Source of the DNA: Klebsormidium nitens
Lineage: Eukaryota > Plantae > Klebsormidiophyceae
Direction: 5' to 3'
NCBI GenBank assembly: GCA_000708835.1
Contig: DF237166.1
Span: 1-64,000, forward strand
DNA length: 64,000 bases
The notes beneath the pieces are model-generated. The model made no database searches. It was not told the DNA's origin and was given only the letters and a program-made list of their open reading frames with translations. The translations under genes were made by a program, and so were the position numbers. Shown one piece after another: positions 12,261-22,988 of this stretch. How positions within the stretch are numbered: position 1 is the first letter of the stretch; every line of letters starts with the position of its first letter.

Positions 12261-14426
12261 TGCGGTAGGGTGACTCTACTCAAAATCGAATGCTGTTCGG
12301 AAGCACCCCGAGCTCTTCAACTCCAGCACCAAGGTGCACCAGAGACGCCGCCTTCGGACACATCCGAAGGGCTACCCAGATTGGGTGTGAACTTTGAAGC
12401 CCAGCTCCTTTCAAAGCATCCTGTGCCCAGGTAAACAAAGGCTACATCATACATGTGCGCCAAGGGGAGTGCTTGAAAAGTTTCATGCAAATCGGGTCAC
12501 TGCTAACCTCAATCAGAATCGAAGGACGGTTAACCGCGGGTCTCAGGCTACCGTACGTTGGTACCCTTCTCTAGTTCGAGCTTCTCAGGAACTTTTGCCC
12601 AGTGTGTAGGCTAGGACTCGGCTCTGACTCTCTGAGTCTTGGGTCTAGCTAGGTAGTCTATTAGACTCGAGTCCAGGCCAGACTTTCATCCAGAGCATGC
12701 TACCTATCTACGGTACCTCCCTGGGCCTAGGTATCTTGTCTTCTGCCTTCAAGTTCTGCCTTGTGGGCTGGTGAGCTTGGCTGCAGTTCTCGTCAGTGGC
12801 TTCTCTCAATCGATACAGGGTTGCACTCGCAGCACACCAATCCCTTCGGATGAAGAAGTGAGAAGCAGGGTAGTGTAAGAGTGCAAGCTCCAAAAGGCTG
12901 CTTAGCATCCATCCCCCAAATGTTGCTTTAATGTTGACCGGCGATCCATCCTCTGCGCCGCGTGCATCACCTGACGTGTTGTCCTGGAGTTTACCCCTGT
13001 GCAGTCTAAATGTTCAAACTTTTTCTTGCTGAGTGATCGGAGCTGAGCTCACTTGCATGTGCTGTTGTAAATATTGCCAAGGGTACCACACCTGGCAAGA
13101 CAAGAATCTGCAAGGTGCACTGCCAAGATTGTAAGGTATGTGATCACGACTCTTTTGTTCCTACAATCACTTTAACGAGCTCAAGCCAATGGGGAGTATT
13201 AACCACAATAGGAACCTCTACTAATCACACTTAATTTAATTAGCTGTATGACTGCAATTGGCGGTGTCACCTTTTTTTTGAGGCATCAGCATGCATAAGT
13301 TTTCTTGCTTATCTATTTCTACCTGCAATGACTTGGCATTAGACCAGATGATGGTTTTGATACCAACAGCAACAGACTCGGTTGATGTTGGTAATGCAAA
13401 GGACCAAGAAAGGCTGTGGCGGGGATGACGATGTTGGTTGTGGCCATCCAGCTTGTTATTTCCCACAGGCTCAGAAATACCATTCATATCGGCAGGAGAT
13501 TGGTTCAGTTTTTTACTGCAACTGGACTGCTGTTGCCTTACCTCCTGAGCTTTGCATTGAAAGCGCGGCATATGAATGCTGTGCTACTTGGTGGGGCTGA
13601 AATTCTAGGAATTGGCCCGATACATACCTGCCGTCATTGGCAGCTTACACTCGTTAGGTTAAGCACAGTGTTTGAAAAGAATAGTTCGCGGTCAAGCCAG
13701 TTCAGGCAAACAAAAGAGGGACTCAGTGTAGTCTGGCACCAAAAGATTCTTATACACAAGAAGGAGGCGAGCCTGGAAACTGGACGGGCCAGGTGGTATT
13801 TGCTAACTTTTGCATGCATCGGCAGAATTGATATGCTGCAGGGGCTCGTTTCAGGTGCTTAACATTTCCATCATAGTAGACTTGAGCACACTTTCTTCCT
13901 CTATCTTTTTTGGTAGCCTCCATGTGCTTCAGCGCTTGACAGAACGCTTGGGCTGTTGGAATTTGTCTTGAGAATGCAGAAGATACAGTTTTTCTGGGAG
14001 GTGTCTCCATTCATTATGATTATCCTGCATTCGCAGAGAGGCTGTCGTCTACACAACAGGTTTTTGTATTTTGTCAACGTCCTAGCTACTCCTGCATCAG
14101 CACGCGGGTTCTTTTTTGAGCTCACCGAACGTAGATTGGCACGTTTTAAGAACCTCATTCATTGCGAATTTGTTTTCATCTTTCAGGCGAGGGCAGAGGT
14201 GAGCAGAGGTGACATTGGAAGCGCTTCCTTGTGCAACACTGAACTCTTTTCTTTGAAGAGTTTTGGTTTGGTTGACTTGACCTTTTTGCAGCCTCATTCT
14301 CCTTTTTGGAAGTACAAGAGAGATGTCCGAAGAGCTAATTGCCCTGTCGCTCCTGCAGGTTTTTACCCAGTGCATCCGAGCTTGGCGCGATGATAAGGTG
14401 GAGACCCGCGTGAATATCAGCTGGCA

Positions 14427-17400
14427 ATGACTTCGCAAGGAGGGGCGTATGTTGCAGACCCCGGAGGAACAGCGGGCTTCCGGTCTCCGGATCAGTCCAG
14501 GCATGGGTGGGGGGGCCCGAGCTCTGGCGATTTCACCCCCCGGGGGGGGAGCTCCGCATACGGCGTGACGCCCAGCCTGAGTGGAACGAGTGGTCACGGC
14601 GGGGGGGGAAACGGGCTACCTGAGCGCGCGCCCGGCTCGTGCCCCCCCCCCAACCGAACCCAGCCGGCCGCTCGCTCAGATTCTGAATCTTACGACATTT
14701 GAGATTGGCGATGAGCGGTGGCCGCGCAGCCGGGAGCTGCTGAGGGCGGGCGACGAGGCGCGGCCGAATGAGGGGGAGGATTCTGCCCCGCGGCCCCCCC
14801 CCCTCGTTGTGGACGGGGGAGGATGCGGCCAGGCTTGTTGCGGCGCTGAACGATGTGCAGCTGAAAGCGAGGTGAGGAGGGGGGGAGCCAATGGGGTGGA
14901 TAGGTCTGTGGCCAAGGCCAGATTAGCGACCATCACGCAATGCTATGAAACGAGATCCGTTGTTTGGACATCAACCTGAATTCTGCTGCTGGAGCATCAA
15001 GCTGGCCAAAACGGAACTACAGTATCGAGGGGTGGTTTGCGATTATTGCAAAGGACGGTTGTCTGGATCTCTTCGCTCGGGCAATCCTGGGTTCTGAATG
15101 TGGGTGCGCTCAAAAGACTGGATGAGGCAGTCTTGTAGGAAGCGAACGTGTTTTTGAAGCTTAGGAACAGCACTCGCCGCACCCTAAACCATTTTCTTTC
15201 CCGTCCCGGTCCGACTAACAACCCCTTTCTTTTGTGCACCAGGGAGCGGGCCGGTGTCCTGACCAGCTGCCTGAACAAGCTGGATCGCTGGCAAAACCAG
15301 GTTGCAAACCGCAAGAGGAAGAAAGAGATGCAGCAGACGGGGGCGAGCGGCGGGAGCCTCAGCAGCGGCAACGCGGGCAGCGGGGCTCCTCTTGGCGGGG
15401 GGGACGCAAGCCGGGGCACCGCCCCGGGCCCTGCCAAAAAGCTGCGGACTTCGCTGGTTGACGTCGGGGCGGCGCGGCCGGCAAAGGGCAACTGGGGGTC
15501 TCCGCCTGCGGGGCGGGACTCCCCCCGGGGGGTGACGAACTCAGCCAATACGGAGTCGGAGGAGGCGGGGGAACTAGAGTGGGATGGAAACCGGAGCAAG
15601 AAGAAGCGGACCCGGAAGAGCGACGCCAACGGGGACGTGAGCTGGCACGAGGAGCCGTCGAGGGCGGTGGGCAACAAGGGCGAGAGCAAAACGGGGAAGG
15701 TGGGCAAAGTGTGGCTCGGGAAGAGCTCGCCGGGAGGGGGCGGTTTGAAAGGACTGGAGAAAGGCGTCGGGGGCGGGGGGGTGCCTAGCAAGAAGCGATT
15801 TGCAGAGTCGCCCAGCAAGTATGTGGCTCACGGCGAGGGGCAGGGGTGGCCGAGAGGGGGGGTAGAAAGAGAGGAGAAGCTCCTTCCCCCCGGGAAGGAG
15901 CGGCCGCTCGAGAGGGAGGGCGGGGTGGCGAAGGGCATGCGAGGTCCGAGGACCGGCGTCGGGGGGCCGAACGCGGCCCATTTGATACGGCTCAAGTCGT
16001 TTACAAGCGAGGGGAGGAATCAGGAGATGGGGCAAACTCCCAGGGGGGTAGTGAAGAAGCCGCCGCCGAGTGGGCCGGTGGGGGGGGAACGGAAGAAGAG
16101 CCCACTGGGGGGGGAGAAAAAGCGCGCGGCAAGCCGGTCGCCGTCGCCAAGCCCCGGGTATAAAAACCCGAACAAGGTGGCGCGGCTCGCGCGGACAAAC
16201 AGCGCGGCGCTGAAGATGTTGAGGGACGAGTATATTTACACTGCGGAGAAGCCGTTTGCCTGGGGCAAGGAGAAGAAGGGTGCGAATGCGAAAGCGCCCC
16301 CCACCGGGGGGGACTGGCGGAAGAGCCCAAAGGGGGGGGTGCTGCTGAAGGTGGAGAAGGAGGGGCTGGTTATCGAGGCGCCCGACGGGGCACACATCTC
16401 GGTGCTGAAAAAGAGCCACAAAAAGGGGGGGAGCGCGCAGTATCGGAAGGAGATGGCGGCGATTGCGAACCGGTTCATGCTGGACCGGAACGCGGGGTTC
16501 GACATGGGGGCGATCCGCGAGGACGAGGGCGGCGCCGGAGAGTCGACGCCGAAGAAAAAGAATTTCGCGCGGGGGGGGACCGTGAAGCGAGGAGGTCGGT
16601 CCAGCCGGCTCGGGCGGCAGTTCAACACGGGGCCGGCCGACTCGTTCGAGCCACCGAGCAGCCGGAACGGCGACGCGACACCGAGCAGTACGGAGCACGA
16701 CGGGTTTAACCGGGGTTTGGAATCGGGTTTGGACAGCTGGGGCAAGCGCAAGCGGACCACCCGGCAGGGCCCAGACCGCGCCGCAAAGAAAGTGTTCGTG
16801 GGGGGTTTGCAGGTAGGGGTTTTGGTTCACGGCGCCTTACGATTATTGAAGACGACGCTAATCATAACGCTGTGTTTACAGTAGGGGTGCATCATGTAGA
16901 CGCTGTCAGTTGGTGCAGCGCGACTTTGCGTTCTATGGTTGAGATCTGCCCCATGCGACCGGAACCGATTTGTGACCCCGTCAGCAAACCGACCTCATTC
17001 ACCCCGTGTTGCTTTGCAGTTTAGTCTGTTAAAGCGGGCTTCTGCACTCGCGAGTCCATTTGCAATCGGACTGCAAGGAAGCGCATTGAATTTATCAGAC
17101 GACGCTCACTTGGCTAACTTGTCCCGCCGTCACGCTTCGGCGATGCTGACGGCGTGACGCCTACGCCCACTTTAAGCCGCAACCTTAAATGTCTGGGTTT
17201 GCAACTTGCAGGACGACTCCGAGGCGGAGTCGGACGAGGAGATGGAGAACGAGCTGGTGGTCGCATTCGAGACGCTGCCGCAGACGCTGCAGGAGCGGCT
17301 GAGCAGCGACTTTTGGCGGGAGGTCGAGCCGTACTTTGCGTTTCTGCGCGAGGAGGACCTCGCGTTCCTGCGCGAAAACTTCCGGGAGCTCAAGGAGGGT

Positions 17401-20400
17401 GACGTCGTGCTGAGCGTGCCGCGCTGCGGCGAGCACTTCCGGAAGGTGAGGCGGAACGGCGGAATGGCTTGATTCAAGACGGAACCAGGACGGAACCACT
17501 CGACGGATTTATCACTATCTCCATTCCAGCAAACGCGGTGTTACTAGTGGGCAATTCCGGACGCCGCAACACGACATGAGAAGCCAAGCTTTGCAAGCTG
17601 CCCCCAAAAGATGGAGCCTGGTTTGAACGCTGTGTCATCACCCTTCCTGGAGCAGAATAATCGCAGTTAGGCTCGCCTTGGATGGTCTTGAAGACGCAGA
17701 AGACAAATCTTCTTTTGTGCCAATCGCACTGGTCAGCGAATTCCTTGCTTTCGACAGGGCTATGGGCATGCAAAAGTTGGCCCACACGGATGAGAAGCAC
17801 GGTAGCATCTCATAGACAGTAGCCGCTCCAGAGCTGGTGCAACTTTGCATAGCAGGAAGATACGCCGCTGGACAATCCGAGGTTGAACAATCTACTGAAG
17901 CTGACAATCTCTGCAACTCAGCAAATCAACAAAATGCGACCAACTTTTCTCCTGTCCAACAACAGGAGAAAAGGTGGGCGAATACTAAATTTGTGGGCGA
18001 ATACTAAATTTAATATACCAACCAAGCTTTCCTGCTACCAGAGCTTTCATGGGCGCATACTGGATGGTCAATCTACCAACTTTTTCTGTCCAAAATAGTA
18101 AGAGGGGGACACTCCATATGAGTTGATCGACCAATTTTTCGCTGTCCGAACAGTTATGGGCGAACGAGGACCAGGCGGGGCGGTTCCTGTTAGATGACAA
18201 CCCTAAGACTCCGGGCCCAGATTGCGAGGAGCCGCCAGCCGCGGAGGCCTGGCTCCAGAAGGCCGGGAAGGTGTCGCTCTCACAGCGCCTTTTAGCGGCG
18301 CTGATCGACGTGGAGGAGCAGATCGAGGGGGAGCAAGTGGAAAAGGTGCGCCCTTTGTTACGAGGTGTCGGATGTTTCCATCGTGCATCTAGTACGTGCT
18401 TGTTGCAAACCCGGGAGGAAGGAGTGGCGGCGCCAAAGCAGGGGCGCTGTTGAAAAAAGGTCTTGATGCTTGACTTTGTTTGTGCTTTGATGTTCGGGGG
18501 TAAGTCTCCTGGGGCTAGGGACCAAGCATGATTCAGCATCGCTTCCTGTTTTCTGCACGAATCTTCTCAAATACGTTTTCCAAATTCTGAATGTACCGAC
18601 CACTTCCCGTTGATGCAGCAGGCTGCTTTGGCGTTGCCGCCAGCTGTCGACCCCCCCAATCCAACGAGCCCCCCCATAAGAGAGCCCCAAACGCACGAGG
18701 ACGCAGCAGACAAAGACCCCCTTCGCAGTAATGGGCCTTCAGATGGGGGCCCGATCGATACCGTCGAAGAGCCCTGTACATTAATGCAAGAGGAGACGCC
18801 CGCTGAAAAGGGCGTCGGAAGCGGCGGGAATTTCGGAGTGTCCGAGGAATCGGCGAGCGCTATTCCTGGGCTGCCCGAGGTTTTGACAGGCGCGGGGAAC
18901 GTCCGAGGCGGAACGGGGGCTGCGGAATCGGCGGCGGCGGATAGCAGGGGTTTCGACGACAGGATACAACGGTCCGCGGAGCCGGGAGTGGAGGCGTCGG
19001 CGATCGTCGCGGAACGGGGGGGTACTGCTGACCCCCCCGAAACGGTTCAGGACCACGTGGCAATTGTGTTAGAAAGCGACGATGAAGATATGGACATTGT
19101 GAATGTGGTCGAGGGGGGGGTGGAGGAGAAGGCGAAGGGGCCAGAGGGCGCACCGGAGCGGAGCGCGTGGGAGCAGAAGTTTGATGCGATGACGTTGGAT
19201 GAGAGGATACAGTGGGAGCTGCAGAATATTGGGCTGGTGGACGGGAAAGAGGTGGGCGGCCCGGCAATGCTTTTGCTTTAGTGGTGCCTTGTTTTGGGTT
19301 AACAGCCATTATCATCGTTTGCCCTTGCACTTGCTCGTTCCGTTCAGCTTGTTGAGACTTTCGTGCTGGAGGGGAGCATGACGTTTCATGACCTAAGTTT
19401 GAGGATGTTCAGATTGTTTTAACATTGAGGTTGTCAGAGAAGACAACCTCGAGATAAATTTGTCGGAAGCTTTTCTCGAGGCCGGAAACGTGACAGGTTT
19501 TGTTGTGCTTTAGGCCTCTCCTCTCTAACAGCTCCTTCTTTGTCTGAGGAGGAGCACGAATCTCGCGAGGACATCTATAAGTTTTTAAGGTTGGTGTCAC
19601 CGAAAGTGACAGACATTAAAACCTTCTAAGCGTCTTTCCCCTCCAATGTTGTCCCAGGAGAGCACGAAACGTGCGAGGACATCTGTGTGTTCTTGTTTGG
19701 TGTCGCCGAAAGTGAAAGGCTGTAATTTCTCCTAATCTTCCTCTCCTCTGTTGTTATTCAGGAGGAGCCCGAGGCGCGCGAGGACGACCCTGTCTGCTTC
19801 GAGCTGCGGTCGCTGCAGCGGCAGTTGAGAGAGCAGCTCGACGAGGACAACGCGCGGCTCGGGGCGCTGGAACAGCGGGCAGCCGCGGAGCGCCCCAATG
19901 AAGAGCGGTGAGGAAACCAGGGAATGCTTGATGCGTCCAGACAACCCATATCATAGCTGCTTTGGGGGAAAAAGAAGGAAGAAATTGCTTACATAAAAGG
20001 AGAAAACAAGAAAAACGACATTGAGTACTGTTTTGAGCGAAGTGTGGACATTGCTGGAGGTCTGGGCAGGAAGTGGCACCGTTGCATGATGGAGGAAGGA
20101 CTGCTGAGCAATCTCGGGAACGACAGTCCAGTGCGGAAAGGGCAGTTGGTGACCCCCTCAATTTAATCCACTTCAAATCCTTTTTCAATGTGAGGTAGTT
20201 CCAGAATTGGGCGTCATCTTTACTCCGAACTCGGACCTCTCCTCGCATCTCGTCGCAACCATATTCCTAATTTCTCTGTGGGTCTTTCCATCGAGTACAT
20301 CCACCTCCTCTGCTTCACTTTTGTTTTGTAGTTTCCCTTGTTTTTCCACCAGGAGCGCAAGAAGTGGGCGCTGTTCCAGTTCCTGGGGAGATAGTTTCTC

Positions 20401-21374
20401 ACCATCTCTCTGAATTCTTGAGATACCCAGTTGAATTCCCACAGGGCACACGTGAAACGGGCGCGGTTCCAGTACTGAGAATCAGTCCCCCCTTTCCTTT
20501 TCCCAATCTTTTCTCGCAGTTCCCTCATTAGTTCCCGTTATTCACTTCCAGGGAGCGCGAGAAGTGGGCGCTGTTTCAGTTCCTGGAGAAGCTCTACGAG
20601 CGCCGCAAGGGCGCGCGGGCCGGGCTCGGCCCCGGGAGCTCCAAGGGCGGCAAGGGCGCCGCCCAGAAGAAGGTCGCCGCGAAGGAAGCCTTCCTCGCGA
20701 GCGCGCGGCGCGCGCTGCGCAAGGTCGCGGAGTTCGAGGCCGGCGCGAGCGTCGTGCCACGTGGCCTCAACCGCAAGTGGGAGGAGAAGGCGCGCGCGCC
20801 CGCGCTGGAGGACGAGGAGCCGGCCGCGACGCCGACGGACGCGGCGCGGCGCGGCCGGAATTCCGCCGGCGGAGCTCCGTTGGCCGTCAAGGACGACCGG
20901 AAGGCGCGGCAAGTCGCAGGCGAGTACGCGGTGCAGGAGCTCCCGGTGGTGGCTAGCAAGGGCCAGCGCACGCGGAAGAAGCCGGTGAACAAGGGCAAGC
21001 GCAAGACGCCGTTCGGCGAGGTTTTGGGCGGCGCGAACGGCACGTTTGGCGGGGAGAAGGAGTTGGACTTGGAGCGTATGCGCGAGCGCGAGGCGGACAT
21101 TTTGGCGGAGGCGCAGGCGGCAGCGGCCGCCGAGGCGGCGGCGGCGCGGGCGGAGGCCGAGCAGCAGGCGGCCGCGCTCAACATGGGCCCCTCGAACTTT
21201 GAGGACATGACGATGGACTTGTCCGCGCTCCCGCTGCCCGACTTTGCAGGGTTGGGCGACGATGCGTTTGGCGGCGGGTTTGATATGGACTTTGGGCTAG
21301 GAGCCGACCAGTTCAACGAGCTCGCGGAGCTAGACAAGATTGGGTTGGACGACTTGGGCGATATGGGCTTCTAG
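14427..21374 (+). CDS. ADA3: ADA3/NGG1/TADA3-like SAGA HAT-module subunit (Arabidopsis At5g22450/At2g19390/At4g29790-like family)
   Basis: N-terminal PLAQILNLTTFEIGDERWPRSREL and KARERAGVLTSCLNKLD. Ada3-type motifs SSDFWREVEPYFAFLREEDLAFL (17210-17448), PLSQRLLAALI (~18270), MTLDERIQWELQNIGL (~19190) and EDDPVCFELRSLQRQL (~19780). Last exon 20551-21374. Exon 1 needs two single-base removals in homopolymer runs to stay in frame. Confidence 0.8.
19540..19770 (+). repeat. ~105-bp tandem duplication of an ADA3 acceptor/exon start
   Basis: GGAGCACGAATCTCGCGAGGACATCT (~19552) and GAGCACGAAACGTGCGAGGACATCT (~19660) precede the real cag|GAGGAGCCCGAGGCGCGCGAGGACGAC (~19762). Both copies share the spacer motif TTGGTGTCxCCGAAAGTGA. 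Confidence 0.85.
20345..20600 (+). repeat. Duplicated ADA3 last-exon acceptor (2 echo copies)
   Basis: caccag|GAGCGCAAGAAGTGGGCGCTGTTCCAGTTCCTGG (~20352) and cacag|GGCACACGTGAAACGGGCGCGGTTCCAGTACTG (~20446) lie upstream of the real ttccag|GGAGCGCGAGAAGTGGGCGCTGTTTCAGTTCCTGG (20551). Confidence 0.85.
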
Positions 21375-22988
21375 CGGCGGTTATCAGATTACTTGTAAAT
21401 CTGCTCGAGCGTTTCGGGGAGGGTTGGGAATAGGCACCGGTGATGGGTATGTTGGTGCCGGCCGTGAGGCGTCGAGCGCTGAATAAATGTCGAATATGGT
21501 CGCTGCGCCTGTAGATTGTTGAGCTCCTTTTAAGGAAGGGCCCTTAGGTTCGGTAGATTGATCAAAGAACTGTTGGCTGTCCCATGTCGCTATTGCTGGT
21601 GAAAGCCGCTCCAGCAATGGTGGTCCTAGTGTTTGTCTCTCGAGGTGCTTTTGCTCGGATAAGCGACTTGGCAGTAGAAGCCCAAAGGTTTTATGCTGAT
21701 TCAAGAGGCTTACAAGATGTAGCAACGAGCCAGCTGGACGAGTTGATGTAACCCAGTAATGCGGAAGTCCCCTACTGCAAAGGGTCGATTCTCGACGTCT
21801 ACATACTTTTCATGCGCCATATGCTTCAACACTGGAGGGTGACATGTGCTGCATATATTCAGTGACGCATTTGCAATATATATGGCCGAATACAGAGCTA
21901 AGTTCGTACATATACGGTACGTACCTGTTGTTCTACATTGAAGGTACCGACGCGGATGTACGCCCTAGTATACATTCAATCCGGCCTTGTCTTGAACGGA
22001 CCGTACATGTTGAAATCTCCATATATACGTGCAGGGTATATACGGCCTGTGATTGCACGTAACAAGAACGGTCCTGCATGAGTCCTAAGATATCTTAGGA
22101 TTTAATATATCGAGTCCTCGACTAGAGCCACTAGCTAAAGTCGTGCCGGCACATAGCTGCATGGTAGGCTATACATCTGCCGGGCACGACCAACAAAAAA
22201 GATAGCTCCTCTTCAGGTAGACAATTGCTGTTAAAGTCGCCAGTTGGCCGTTGAAGGCTGAATTGCAAGCCTAGCTACTATAGTCCAAGTTGACCATCTA
22301 AGTTAAAATTGTGCGATGCAGTCGGACCATCTGTGCCAGCTATGCGAACTTGATTAGCAACATTAATGCGAAACATTTGAAAAATTGTGAAAATTTTATG
22401 TTCATGCACATGCCGAGCGGGCCGATGTGGACTTGATTGCTAATTTATCGTCAAGCGCAGCGTCAGGCGGCTTGCAATAACTTAGTATCTGGCAATTGCT
22501 CAAGCGCGGCCAATGAATTGCTGATCCTCAGATCAGGTAGTATGTGGCCGCGGCCAAATATAGGCATATATATGCACTTTTGTATCAAGTTGCATCCAAG
22601 TTGCAGACCGTAGGTACTGCATATATGATGGGCCAGACGAGCTTCCAAAAGTTTGCCTGGTCGGGCGCGCTTCCAATACTTGCTTATCATGGGCTCACAC
22701 GATATGTTTCTTAATCAGTGCTTGCGCATTATGCTAACTTCGATACAGAAGATTTACAGCCATCAGTGCCGGCCGCCAATGCATTTCTGTTCGAATGGAG
22801 CCTCTTGTATGCGACCGGCTTTATATGGAGAGCAAAACGCCGAAAGCGGCTCGACCTGGACTGTTACCTTGGGCGCGGCCAGCAGCTGCAAACTTAATTT
22901 TTTGGCCGAGCGGACACTTAGCTTTACGCAACCTGACTCTTGCTGAATTTTATATGTGCCAGATGGAACGTCTGCTAAAAGCGCGACG

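Noticed and set aside
22105-22125. Hairpin followed by CTAG as a Helitron 3' end
   Set aside because: The stem is short, and no 5' TC end or Rep/helicase remnant was found; mentioned only as a possibility in the hairpin finding.
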